NCBI GenBank assembly: GCA_964016885.1
Contig: OZ024757.1
Coordinates: forward strand, 32,426,001 to 32,490,000
Direction: 5' to 3'
Length of the DNA stretch: 64,000 nt
Origin: Eledone cirrhosa
Taxonomy: Eukaryota
A program made the translations under genes and the position numbers. Of the stretch, positions 29,543 to 42,374 are shown one piece after another (position 1 is the stretch's first letter; each line of letters opens with the position of its first letter). The notes below the pieces were generated by a model that worked only from the letters and a program-made list of their open reading frames with translations, was not told the DNA's origin and made no database searches.

Positions 29543-30150
29543 ATGGTGGCTGCCAACTCGTTTTCGAGTACGGCCACTACTTTATATCCATGTAGGAGAA
29601 CCCCTACCGATGCGTTGAACGAGTGTGACTTTTTAGCCCAGCCAGCGACTTGAAAACTCTGGTACAAACACTACACTTGTGACAATTATTGACACATAGT
29701 GCTGGGCCCATGGTACCATGTGACGACAAGTGCAGAGAGATCTCCAGATATAAAGCAATGCCTGTGCCGTGAAGCTTTTATAGTGAGCAAAGGCACTGCA
29801 CAAAGCCAGTCCCACTCTCTTAACCAAGATGATATTTACCAAAAAGAAGAACAAGTCAACATCATTGGATACCATCAGGGTTGCAGGTGTTATATCAGAG
29901 TTTTCCTTCTCCTAGAATTCTGCCTTGACAAAGGCTAAGGGGTCATCTCTCCCGGTGATTTTGGATGGCCATTGACTCTTAAGAGCTCCTTTGCCCTTTG
30001 ACAGGTTTTGTTTTTAGTCCTGCAGGATGTCCAAAGTCACCCTCCTCACCAAGAAACCTTGGTGGGGTTGTCAGTTTAGTCGCCAACGACCCGACAATGA
30101 GACAGGTTGTACTGGATACATGTTACCAGTAGCACCAACTGGTGACCTGA
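29543..30150 (-). mobile_element. Non-autonomous bipartite RTE derivative (~610 bp) within (CATA)n
   Basis: 3' part encodes a CSVCTRVFKSLAGLKSH finger remnant and ends in the same stem-loop and (ATGT)n tail as the 2361 element; 5' head recurs at 37809-37902. Confidence 0.75.
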
Positions 30151-30184
30151 CATACATACATACATACATACATACATACATACA

Positions 30185-30215
<31 letters not shown>

Positions 30216-30500
30216 GGATACATACATACATACATAAATATATAGATACAAACATACACATACATACATATACATACATACACATGTATATATACATACA
30301 TACATAGATACATACATACATATACATACATACATACATACACACATATATATATATATACATACATAGATACATATATGCACATACATACATACACACA
30401 CACACACATACATACATACATACATATATACATACATACATATATAGATACATACATACATATATAGATATATACATACATACGTACACATATACACATG

Positions 30501-30540
<40 letters not shown>

Positions 30541-30663
30541 GGAGGTGAGTTTTATTGTAGTACAATAAAGCAATGCAGATATCGGATAAGAAGCACTCTA
30601 CAGTTTGTAGGACTGGAGTATGCATAATATAAGATCAAAAGATGGTTAAAGGAGTTCCATGTA

Positions 30664-30730
30664 TTTTATTATGCGCATTTCAAAAACAAACATCATCATG
30701 CAATAATATTTGTGTTTTCATCAGATAAAA
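30664..30730 (-). ncRNA. Minimal type-I hammerhead ribozyme motif
   Basis: TTTTAT-CTGATGA-[long stem II]-GAAA-T-GCGC-A-TA-ATAAAA: perfect 6-bp stem I and palindromic loop 3. Confidence 0.75.
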
Positions 30731-30799
30731 CAGGAGAACATGATATGAAGGCTAAAAAACACTTGTGGATAGTGCAGTTTTAAGTCAACATTAAGATAT

Positions 30800-31450
30800 G
30801 TTCTAGAATCGTCGTGGACAGGAAAAAAACAGTTATCAACCGAGCTAGAATCGTCTCAGACAGAAAAAACAGTTATCAAGTGAACTAGAATTATTGTGGA
30901 CAGGAGTGATAAAAACAGTTATGAACCAAACTGGACTTATCTTGTGCAGAAAAAAAACAGTTATCAACCAAATTAGAATCGTCGTGGACTAGATTTATCG
31001 TATACAAAGGAAAAACAGTTATCTGTCGGACTGGAACCATTGTGAAGAAAAAATAAAACCGGACAAGAATCGTCTTAAACAGAAAAAAGTTACGAGCCGG
31101 ATTAGTATCATCGTGAACAACAAGAAACAGTTTTCAGTGGGACTAGAATAATCGTGAAGAAAAAACAGTTAACAGCCGGACTAGAATAATCGCGAACAAG
31201 AAAAAACAGTTAACAGCCGAATTAGAATAATCGTGAAGAGAGAAAAAACAGTTAACAGTCGGACTAGAATAATCGCGAAGAAAAAACTGTTAACAGCCGG
31301 ATTGGAATAATCACGAACAAGGAAAAGCAGTTAACAGCCGAACTAGAGTAATCGTGGAGAAGAAAAAACAGTTAACTGCAGGACTAGAATAATCGCGAAG
31401 AAAAAACAGTTACCAGCCGAACTAGACTCATCGTGTACAAGAAAAAACAC
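30800..31450. repeat. Minisatellite, ~35-40-bp unit AAAAAACAGTTAACAGCCGGACTAGAATAATCGTGAAG
   Basis: About 17 diverged units. Confidence 0.9.
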
Positions 31451-31516
31451 GTGGTTGTGGCGGCATTGGTGGTGGTGGTGGTAGTAATAGTAGTAGTGGT
31501 GGTGGTGGTGGTGGTG

Positions 31517-31587
<71 letters not shown>

Positions 31588-31604
31588 GGTGGTGGTGGTG
31601 GTAA

Positions 31605-31655
<51 letters not shown>

Positions 31656-31789
31656 CAGCAGCAGCAGCAGCAGCAGTAGTAGCAGCAGCAGCAGCAGCAG
31701 TGTCTTTATTTCGCCCCGGGCGCTGCACCAACACAAGTAGTACGACTGAATATAAATTTAAATTAATAATTGCAACAACAACAACAACA

Positions 31790-32175
31790 ACAACAGCAAT
31801 AGGACCAGTGATGGCTGCAACAACAAAACAACAACAACAGCAATAGGACCAGTGATGGTTGCAACAACAAAACAACAACAACAGCAATAGGACCAGTGAT
31901 GGTTGCAACAACAAAACAACAACAACAGCAATAGGACCAGTGATGGTTGCAACAACAAAACAACAACAACAGCAATAGGACCAGTGATGGTTGCAACAAC
32001 AACAACAACAACAGCAATAGGACCAGTGATGGCTGCAACAACAACAACAACAACAACAGCAATAGGACCAGTGATGGCTGCCACAACAACAACAACAACA
32101 GCAATAGGATCAGTGATGGCTGCAACAACAACAACAACAACGACAACAGCAATAGGACCAGTGATGGTTGCAACA
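31790..32175. repeat. Minisatellite CAGCAATAGGACCAGTGATGG(T/C)TGCAA with variable (CAA)n spacers
   Basis: About 10 units. Confidence 0.92.
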
Positions 32176-32317
32176 GCACCAGCATCAACAGCAGCAGCTG
32201 TGACTGCAGCACATATTTACCTATACAGCCGTTGAAATATAATGACCAACAGTGTCGTCAGCTGCAACAATAACTGCAGCAGCAATAGACGCTGCGGTGA
32301 CCGAGACAGCAATTGCT

Positions 32318-32363
<46 letters not shown>

Positions 32364-32649
32364 TAGAAGCAGCAATTACTGCAGCAGCAATGATTGCAGC
32401 TGCTGGAAAGTAGTATCAACAGCAACTACAACGGCAGTGAGAGCAACAACAGCAATAAAAACTGCAGCCGGAGCAACAACAACAGACACTGTACCCTGAA
32501 CAGCAATGAATAGCAGCAACAACAACAAGAGCAACAACAGCATCAGCAGCAACAACAACAACAGCAGCAGCAACAACAACAAAAACAGCAGCAACAACAA
32601 CAACAGCAACAACAACAACAACAGCAACAACAGCACAAACTGCACCCTG

Positions 32650-33680
32650 AACAGCAATAAATGCATCGCCTATACTATAAATGCAACCACAATAGTATCA
32701 ACCATAGATGCAACGCCTATAGTATAGGAACAGCAAATGCATCATCAACAGCAACAGTTACTGTTGCAACTATATATGCAGCTACAACAGTAACTGCAAT
32801 AGATTCAACACCTATAATATATGTGAAACACTAACTGCAGCATGAACAGTTATAACTGCAATACATGCAACACCTATAATATATGTGCAGCAATAACAGC
32901 ACACGAAGAGCAAGAAATGTAGCGCATATAATGCAGCAGCTCCGGAATATAAGCTGCAATAGATGCAACATCTATAACACAGGTGCAACAATATCATCAT
33001 CAACTGCAATAGATGCAACACATATAGAAGAGGTGCAACAACACCAACTGCAATAGATGCAACGCCTATAGCCAACTGCAATAGATGCAAATACAGAGGT
33101 GCAACAACAGCATCATCTAGTGCAATAGATGCAACAGCAATGGTATAGGGGCAGTCATATCAACTGCAATAGATGCATCAAATAAATCATAGGGGCAATA
33201 AATGCAACGCCTATGGCATAGGTGCAACAACAGCATCATCAACTGCAATGTGTTGATGTTGCTACACCTATACTATAGGCGTTGCATTTATTGCAGTAAA
33301 TGCAACACAACTGCAGTAGATGCAGCACATATAGTATAGGTGCTGCATCTACTGCAGTAAATGCAATAACTATAGTATAAGTGCAGCAACATCAACTGCA
33401 ATTGATGCAACATCTATAGTATAGGTGCAGCAGTAACACCAGCATCAACTGCAATAGATGTAATATCTATAGTATAGGTGCAGCAGTAACACCAACAACA
33501 ACTGCAATAGATGCAACACCTATAGTATAGGTGCTGCACCAGCAACACCAACTGCAATAGATGCAACGCCTATAACATAGGTGCAGTAATATTAACATCA
33601 ACTGCAGTAAATACAATACCTATAGTATAGGTGCACCAGTAACACCAGCAGCAACTGCAATAAATGCAACACTGCTAGAG
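32650..33680. repeat. Diverged ~50-55-bp minisatellite with internal palindrome CACCTATAGTATAGGTG
   Basis: Recurrent CAACTGCAATAGATGCAACACCTATAGTATAGGTGCAGCAG. Confidence 0.85.
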
Positions 33681-33771
33681 CACTCAATGCTGCAATATAT
33701 ATACTAAATCTATCAATAGCAGCATTTACTTCTACTACTACTACTACCACTACTACTACTACTACTATTGT

Positions 33772-33803
<32 letters not shown>

Positions 33804-33847
33804 TTGTTACTACTACTACTACTACTATTGCTGCTGCTACTATTACT

Positions 33848-33903
<56 letters not shown>

Positions 33904-34388
33904 CCTACTACTACTACTACTTCTACTACTACTACTTCTACCACTACTACTATTGCTACTACTACTACCACTACCATTACTACCACCACTACTACTACTA
34001 TTGCTACTACTACTATTGCTACTACTACCACCACTAATACTACTACTACTATTGCTATGACTACTACTACTACTTCTATTGTTACTACTACTACTACCAC
34101 TACTGTTACTACCGCCACTACTACTACTAATACTACTACCACTATTGCTACTACTACCACTACTACTATTGCTGGTGTTACTACTACTATTACTACTACT
34201 ACTAACACCACTACTACTACTATTACTACTACAACATCTAATACTACAACTACTACTATTACTATACTAGTACTACTATGACTATTACTACTACTACTAT
34301 TACTATATTAGTACTACTATGACTATTGCTACTACTACTACCACCGCCACTACTACTACTATACTACTAGTACCAATACTACTACTAC

Positions 34389-34424
<36 letters not shown>

Positions 34425-34564
34425 TGCTGCTGTTGCTTCAGTTGACCTTGCAAATGTTATTGTTTTCCGAATGTCTCATTCATGTTACTATGGCTACCAG
34501 GGATACCAGTAATATCACCCCCACCACCCCACCATCATACTATTTATCGGTCTGTCTATCTATA

Positions 34565-34980
34565 TATGAAAGGTGGGTGAAAGTGGCGAGAATGGCCCGA
34601 GTGAATGGGCCTTCTCTCTATATCAGCCTGTAGGTTGAGGAAAAGGAGGAGGAGAGGAAAGGAGTACAAGCTCTTCGTACTCCTGAAGATGAGGGTTGCA
34701 CATTTTTTTTTCGGGGGTATGTGTTACCCATATAAACTGTCTCCCTCTATTGGGGAAAATCGACTAACTTTTTAAATTCCATTTGTGATAACATTTTACA
34801 CGTTTTTATTGTATGTAAACTTCCCCCTTTGTATTTGTCCCCTTCTTTTGTGCCCCTGTGGCTAATAAAGAAATATATCTATCTTTTGTCCCCTTCTTTT
34901 GTGCCCCTGTGGCTAATAAAGAAATATATCTATCTTTTGTCCCCTTCTTTTGTGCCCCTGTGGCTAATAAAGAAATATAT
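34565..34980 (+). mobile_element. 3' fragment of the Tx1 family with a triplicated 51-bp terminus
   Basis: YERWVKVARMARVNGPSLY..L* and a 3' UTR homologous to 55380-55685; begins after tctatctata; terminal unit occurs three times from 34834. Confidence 0.9.
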
Positions 34981-36352
34981 ATATCTATATATACACACAT
35001 GCACACAGATACATATAAACATATACATACACATGTATTTATGTATATATAGATATACATATATATATGTAAGTATGCACACGTACAGACACACATATAT
35101 ATATATATATATACACACATTTATATACATATACATATTTATGTATGTGTTATATCGAACATTAATAATAATGTTCGATGTATGTATATATATATATATA
35201 CATAAATATATTCGTATGTACGCACGTACATACATATATACGTGTACAGAGTTACATGCATACATACATGCCATTTCATTCACACATATACACATATACA
35301 CATATACACATATGCTTGTACACTCAGGCTTACTTACATGCATGTACATACAAATGTACATACAAATGTATATGCATACATACATGCATGCATTTACATA
35401 CATACGTACATGCATGCATACATACAAACATACATACATAGATACATATATACATACATGCATACATACATATATGTCTACATGCTTGTACGCATACTTA
35501 CATACATATATGCCTACATGCTATACACATACATACATGCTTGTATATACATATAAATAAGATTAAACGCTCAGCAATTGAATATTGAGTGATATCGGGG
35601 CCAATAAATTGCGAGGCAAAGATAATATCAAGATTTTATATTCGGTTTTTAAGATTCCATGAAACTTTCAAATGCTCTTTAAGGAATTACAAGATGGCTG
35701 CGGTAAAACGATCTAGCACATTTGGCGTCCATATTGGACGCTAAGATGATGTGAGACTAACTTATCTACACAGATTTCGCAACAGAATTGCGCAAAGGTT
35801 TATGTCTGTTTACCTTTTACATACATACATATATATATATATATAAATATATATATATGTGTCTCTGTGTGTGTGTGTGTGTGGACATATATGTGAATAA
35901 GTATGTTGGTGTGTATGATTTTGTGTAGGTGTATGTGTATGTTCATATATGTGTGTTTGTGTAATTATGTGTATTAATGCGTGCATGTGTGTGTATGTTT
36001 ATATATGTGTGTTTGTGTAATTATGTGTATTAATGCGTGCATGTGTGCGTATGTTTATATATGTGTGTTTGTGTAATTATGTGTATTAATGCGTGCATGT
36101 GTGTGTATGTTTATATATGTGTGTTTGTGTAATTATGTGTATTAATGCGTGCATGTGTGTGTATGTGTATGTTTATATGTGTGTTTGTGTAATTATGTGT
36201 ATAAATGTGTGCATCTGTGTGTAAGTGTATGTCTATATGTGTGTACATATATGAATGTGTGTGTGTCTGTATTATGTGCGTCGTTATGTCTATGTATGTA
36301 AGTGCATGTGTGAGTCTATGTATATACGTGTATATAAAGGTATGTCTATATG

Positions 36353-36436
<84 letters not shown>

Positions 36437-36624
36437 GTGTCTTTATTTGTGGAAATTTGCAAAAGTATGAAATATGGTGGCACACGTTATTTCGAGCGAA
36501 GATTTCCAACAGCTCAATTGGGAACACTATAAAGAGTAACCGAGACGCAAATGTGTATATGTATGTAGTATGTATGTATGTATGTATGTATGTATGTATG
36601 TATGTATGTATGTATGTTTGTATG

Positions 36625-37345
36625 CTTGTGTAGGTTTCTCTTTCTATTAATTTTGAGTACATTTTTGACTGGCCACCTTCCTGGTGGCAAGGTTATAAAA
36701 GAAATGAAATTGTCATTCCTTGAATCGCAAGAATGTTTTGCAAATTTTGAAGGTGTCAGCTATCGCGGCCATTTGTAGTCTATGAATTAAGGGAGCTGCG
36801 CTCTTTGGCCACAAATCCAAGTTCAGTTATACTTTGGTCCAAGTGGGTTGGTATATAACCTGCAGCTCCAATAATTGTTTCTACTTTTGGCACAAGGCCA
36901 GCAATTACCCAGTGCATTACTGGTACTTTATTTTATCGACCCCAAAAGGATGCAAGGCAAAGTAAACCTCGGCGGGATTTGAACTCAGAATGGCAAGTGC
37001 CGTAACTATGCGTCAAAGCATGGCGTCCGACACTCTACCGATACTCCCAATCCAACCTGCAGCTCCAATAATGATGGGTATAAAGCTAAAGATGGATCTT
37101 GGATACTGGATCTGCAAACTCCTCATCAATGATCCGTAGATGTCCTCCTTCTCTTGTATTTTTCTTACAACGTTGACATCAAGTGGGCAGCTGATCTCTA
37201 CAACAGAGCACGTTTACAATGTGTGGTCCCAAACAACAATATCGGCCGGTTGTGCTTTAATTTGGTGGCAGTTTTTATTTTCAGGTTCCACCAGTATTCC
37301 TTAGTGCAATCTATCTCAACATATTCCTCCTCAATTGTTTTTCTA
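36625..37345 (-). mobile_element. Decayed 3' fragment of an RLE-type (R4/Dong-like) non-LTR retrotransposon within (CATA)n
   Basis: With a frameshift: EYWWNLKIKTATKLKHNRPDIVVWD..TCSVVEISCPLDVNV..KIQEKEDIY..L...FIPIIIGAAG, a PD-(D/E)xK restriction-like endonuclease C-terminus. Confidence 0.8.
36876..37053 (-). mobile_element. Type-A SINE inserted in the R4/Dong fragment, 19-bp TSD
   Basis: aacctgcagctccaataat at 36857-36875 and 37054-37072. Confidence 0.92.
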
Positions 37346-37497
37346 TACATGTATGTCTGTATATATGTATGTATGCATAAATGTATGTATGTATGTATGT
37401 ATGTATGTATGTATGTATGTATGTATGTATGTATGTATGTATGTATGTATGTATGTATGCATGAAGTTAAGTATGTATATGTATGTATCAATGTGAA

Positions 37498-37620
37498 GGC
37501 GTGTGGTTGAGTGGTTAGAGAATTGGATTCGCAATCGTGAGGTTGTGAGGTTGTGAATTCCTGGACCGGGCGATGCGTTATGTCCTTGAGCAAGACACTT
37601 TATTTCACGTTGCTCCTTCT
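37498..37620 (+). mobile_element. tRNA-derived SINE, second family, partial
   Basis: TGGTTGAGTGG head; GTCCTTGAGCAAGACACTTTATTTCACGTTGCTCC body. Confidence 0.7.
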
Positions 37621-37706
37621 ACCTGGAGTTGCGACCGATAGATAGTACATGCAATTGGAAAGACCAACGGAAACATTGTTTCCTTGGTCCGATTTGACGA
37701 AAGTCG

Positions 37707-37767
<61 letters not shown>

Positions 37768-37808
37768 GTACGTACGAATTTATGTTTGTATGCATGTATG
37801 TATATATG

Positions 37809-37902
37809 TCAGGTCGCTCTCGAGTGCTACTGGTAACATGTAACCCAGTACAACCTGTCTCATGGTCGGATTGTCGGCGACTAAACCGGCAACCCCACCA
37901 AG
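37809..37902 (+). mobile_element. Isolated 5' head of the RTE derivative family
   Basis: tcaggtc...gtgctactggtaacatgta.ccagtacaacctgtctcat..gtcgg..ggcgactaaac.g.caaccccaccaag matches the reverse complement of ~30058-30150. Confidence 0.75.
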
Positions 37903-37999
37903 TTAGAAACAGTTATTAGAGATGTTGGCGTCCATGTTGATGTTTAGCACCAGGTCGACACCGATTGACCAGTCTAATGCTTCCCTTTATTATTTCAAA

Positions 38000-38660
38000 C
38001 ATGGTGGATTGGCAGTATCAGTAAAGGGTCGGATGTCATGCTTTGCAGCATAGAGTTACGACCCTTTACGGTCTGAGTTCAAATCCCGCCGAGGTTAACT
38101 TTGCCTTTCATCCTTACGGAGTCGATAAAATAAAGTACCAGTAATGCACTGGGTAATTGCTGGCCTTGTGCCAAAAGTAGAAACAATTATTTCAAACATG
38201 GTGGATTGGCAGTATCGGCAGAGGGTCGGATGCCATGCTTTGCAGTATAGAGTTACGACCCTTTATGATCAGTCAGGCCCATTGAGTTATGGGTCCAATC
38301 TATCTTGTACCCTTAACTGAGTATTCTACCTGCATATGTGTAATCTGTGACAATGCTGGTCCTTTGAATTACAGGTACAATATATCTTGTATTATAGTGT
38401 AGTGTCTGTGTATTTCACAGGCACGTGTACTCTTAATATAATTCTTAGGGGATCCAGCATGACCCAATTTGTGACATGGCTGATCCTTTGGATCACAGGT
38501 ACAATTTATCTTGTATTGGCAGTATCGGTAGAGCGTCAGACACCATGCTTTGCAGCATAGAGTTATGGCCCTTTAAGTTCTGAGTTCAAATCCCGCCGAG
38601 GTTATGCACCAGTAATGCACTGGGGTAATTGCCGTGCCAAAAGTAGAAACAATTATTTCA
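38000..38660 (+). mobile_element. Cluster of type-A SINE copies and fragments
   Basis: Repeated heads; tatttcaaacatggt recurs at ~37991, ~38188 and ~38654. Confidence 0.85.
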
Positions 38661-39432
38661 AACATGGTAGATTCATGTTTCAGAATGAGTTAACTGCTCA
38701 ACAAGAGACTTTACCAAAATCTGCAAGAATCCATTATTCGTCGTCTTCAGAAAATGGAAAGCTTTTCTATTCGTTCCCAAGGAAAATTAGTTGCTAAGCA
38801 ACACAAATAGAAATAAATCAAGGTCGTCTCCATAATTAAATCCGAATCATGCACATACATAATTAATGAGACATAATGATTTCCACAAATTATAATGGGG
38901 TTGGCGAGGGGGGAGGTGACAAGGTGTAGTGAAGAGAATGTGGAGTGACAAATTGTAGTAGGGGAGGAGGTGGAGTGACAAAACTTTAGTGGGGGAGGGG
39001 AGGCAGAATGACAAACTTTAGTGGGGAGAAGGTAGAATGATAGGGAGGGGAGCAAGGGAGGGGGATGAGGAGGTGACAGACAAAGGAAAAGATGGAGATT
39101 CGGTTGAATCAATAGAAACAACGCCTGGCAAAATATTTATCGAAACGAAACCGTATCGAGGAAAAGTAAAGGCGACACATCGGAGGTGTTTGAACTCGGA
39201 AAGTAAAGCGCCAAGACTTAATACCATATAACAACTAGCCGACGTGAAAACTCCTACCTAATATCTCAACCAGCTTCTCTTATATCATACCCACATACGT
39301 CTTAAAAAATGGAAATGACACATTGGATGTGTGTAGGTATATATATATATATATAGTACGTTATTCCGGGTTGAATCGGAGGTAACCACAGTAAGTAAGG
39401 TACTCAATACATTGCAGAGTATAAAAGTTTTA

Positions 39433-39541
39433 ATATAGATGAGATTCTACAGGACTAGAACTGTTTCATTCTTTAGAAATCCTGATTCCTGATGATTTCT
39501 AAAGAATGAAACAGTTCTAGTCCTGTAGAATCTCATCTATA

Positions 39542-39542
<1 letters not shown>
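39433..39542 (+). ncRNA. Fold-back palindrome containing a complete type-I hammerhead (39484-39532)
   Basis: 49-bp arms; GATTC-CTGATGA-TTTCTAAAGAAT-GAAA-CAG-TTCTAGTC-CTG-TA-GAATC with a GUA cleavage triplet. Confidence 0.75.
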
Positions 39543-39600
<58 letters not shown>

Positions 39601-39809
39601 GGAAAAAGTATGACCCCGACGACAAAATATAAACAAAAGTATTTATTTCGCGATAAAGTATTGATTTTCTTTGCAAGGAAAAAACCCCTGGTAATCTAAG
39701 ACGAATTTATTTTATAAGCACAAAATGTAGACACCATCCCGAGACCGAGGTATTCCGTACTTCTCTGTACTGTTTCAGGAGGGATACACATGTAAATCTA
39801 TGTTTAGAA

Positions 39810-39840
39810 TCCCGAGCAACGCCGGGCTATTCGGCTAGTA
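39810..39840 (+). mobile_element. Helitron-like 3' terminus
   Basis: GC-rich hairpin CCCGAGCAACGCCGGG, 8 nt, then CTAG|T. Confidence 0.6.
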
Positions 39841-39870
39841 TATTATATATATATATATAATATCTATCTA

Positions 39871-39978
<108 letters not shown>

Positions 39979-39995
39979 TTAGCCTCCCAAAGTAT

Positions 39996-40048
<53 letters not shown>

Positions 40049-40128
40049 ATAGTACAGCATATTCGAAGTTCGATCAGCAACCAAGCCAACGAATGCCTTC
40101 AGCAGTGGAGCTAAGATGTTATATATAG

Positions 40129-40210
<82 letters not shown>

Positions 40211-40225
40211 TATACATATATATGC

Positions 40226-40274
<49 letters not shown>

Positions 40275-40319
40275 TATGCATATATATATATGTATATACA
40301 TATATATACATATATATGC

Positions 40320-40352
<33 letters not shown>

Positions 40353-40377
40353 TATACATATATATACATATATATGC

Positions 40378-40422
<45 letters not shown>

Positions 40423-40437
40423 TATACATATATATGC

Positions 40438-40496
<59 letters not shown>

Positions 40497-40934
40497 AATA
40501 TATATTTTAATGCACATATAGATGTATACGTGTGCTCATGTATGTGTGAGAGAGATGGGGAGAGAAGGGGGGGGCAGAGAGGGGGACAGAGAAGGGGAGA
40601 GAAAGAGAAAGAGTGGGAAAGATGGGGGGGGGGGCATCTTATTTCCGCATTGCATGCCCGTAGGCTCCTCAAGGGAAGCCGATGTAGAGAAGGAATAAGG
40701 GAATGTGCGATTAAGGGAATTGAGTGAATGAGGGGATGAATGAATGAGGAGAGATGGAGGTAGGAGGGTATGAAGGTATGAAGGTATGATAGAATGATGG
40801 GATGAAGGTATGAGGGAATGAGGGAATAGCAGAAAAGGCTTGAAATACAAAACAAGTAACATTCCAACACCTTTAACAAACAGATCACAGCTAATTCTTT
40901 GCTTCACAACACCCCACTAACTGGTTTCTGGTTA

Positions 40935-41949
40935 GCTGATGGTGATGATGATCATGGCGCTGGTGGTGGTGGTGGTGGTGGTGGTGGTGGTTGTGTTGGT
41001 GGTGGTGGTGGTGAAGGTGGTGGTGGTGATGGTGTTGGTGGTGGTGAAGGTGGTGGTGGTGGTGGTGGTGGTGGTGGTAGTGGTGAAGGTGGTGGTGGTG
41101 GTGGTAGTGGTCGTGGTGAAGGTGGTGGTTGTGTTGGTGGTGGTGGTGAAGGTGGTGGTGGTGATGGTGTTGGTGGTGAAGGTGGTGGTTGAGTTGGTGG
41201 TGGTGGTGGTGGTGGTGAAGGTGGCGGTGGTGGTGGTGGTGGTGGTAGTGGTGAAGGTGGTGTTGGTGGTGGTGGTGATCGTCGTCGTCGTCGTGATGGT
41301 GGTGGTGGTGGTGGTGGTGGTGGTGGTGGTAATGGTGGTAATGATGTTGGATGGTGACGGTTGTGGTGGTGGTGGTGGCGGTGTCCTTGTTGTTGTTGTT
41401 GTTGGTGGTGTTGATGGTAATGGTGTTGGATGGTGACGGTTGTGGTAGGAACAGTGATGGAGACGAGGGTGAGGAGTCGGGAGGGGTAATAGTTGCTGCT
41501 GTTGGTGGTGGTGGTGGTGGTGGTGGTGTTGATGATGATAACGATGGAGATGGTGATGGTAGTGGTAGTTAGTGGTCAGGTTATGGTGTAGGGTTGGCGG
41601 CGTCAGTTGATAGTGTTGGTAGTGGTGGTAGTTGTGCCAGTTGATAATGGTGATGGTGGTGGTGTCACGGTCGTGGAGTTGGGGGTAGCTGGTGGGTAGA
41701 GAGCTTGGGGTGGTGGTGGTGGTGGTGTTGTTGATTGGGGTGGTGGTGGGGTGAATGGGGATGAAATTAATTTACCTTGATAGAAATGAAAAAAACTGTT
41801 GAAGTGTAAAAGGCATTGAGGAAAACAACTACTACTACTACTACTACTACCACTACCACCACCACCACCACCACCACTATTACCCTATTACTACTACTAC
41901 TACTACTACTACACCACCACCACCACTATTGCCCTATTACTACTACTAT

Positions 41950-41991
<42 letters not shown>

Positions 41992-42105
41992 CACCACTAT
42001 TGCCACTACTACTACTAGTACTAATACCACCACCACCGCTATTACTAATACTACCAGAACTACTACTACTACCACCACCACCACAACAACTACTACTACA
42101 ACTAG

Positions 42106-42149
<44 letters not shown>

Positions 42150-42237
42150 GCACCACCACAAAAACAACAACTACTACTACTACCACCACCATCGCCACTA
42201 CTATTAGTAACACTAATACCATCATCACCACCACCAT

Positions 42238-42275
<38 letters not shown>

Positions 42276-42320
42276 TTACTACTACTACCACAACCACTAC
42301 TACTACTACCACCACCACAG
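40935..42320. repeat. (GGT)n and (ACT/ACC)n trinucleotide blocks
   Basis: Direct inspection. Confidence 0.95.
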
Positions 42321-42374
42321 CCACTCACCAAGTGCCATATTAATAGAAGCAAAGAAAAATAACAATAATAACAA

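Noticed and set aside
30800-33680. CRISPR-like appearance of the regularly spaced repeats
   Set aside because: Intervening sequences are repeat-derived rather than unique spacers; no cas genes; eukaryotic context.
35690-35745. AAGATGGCTGCG as the start of a host gene
   Set aside because: Stop codon after 16 codons and no supporting splice structure.
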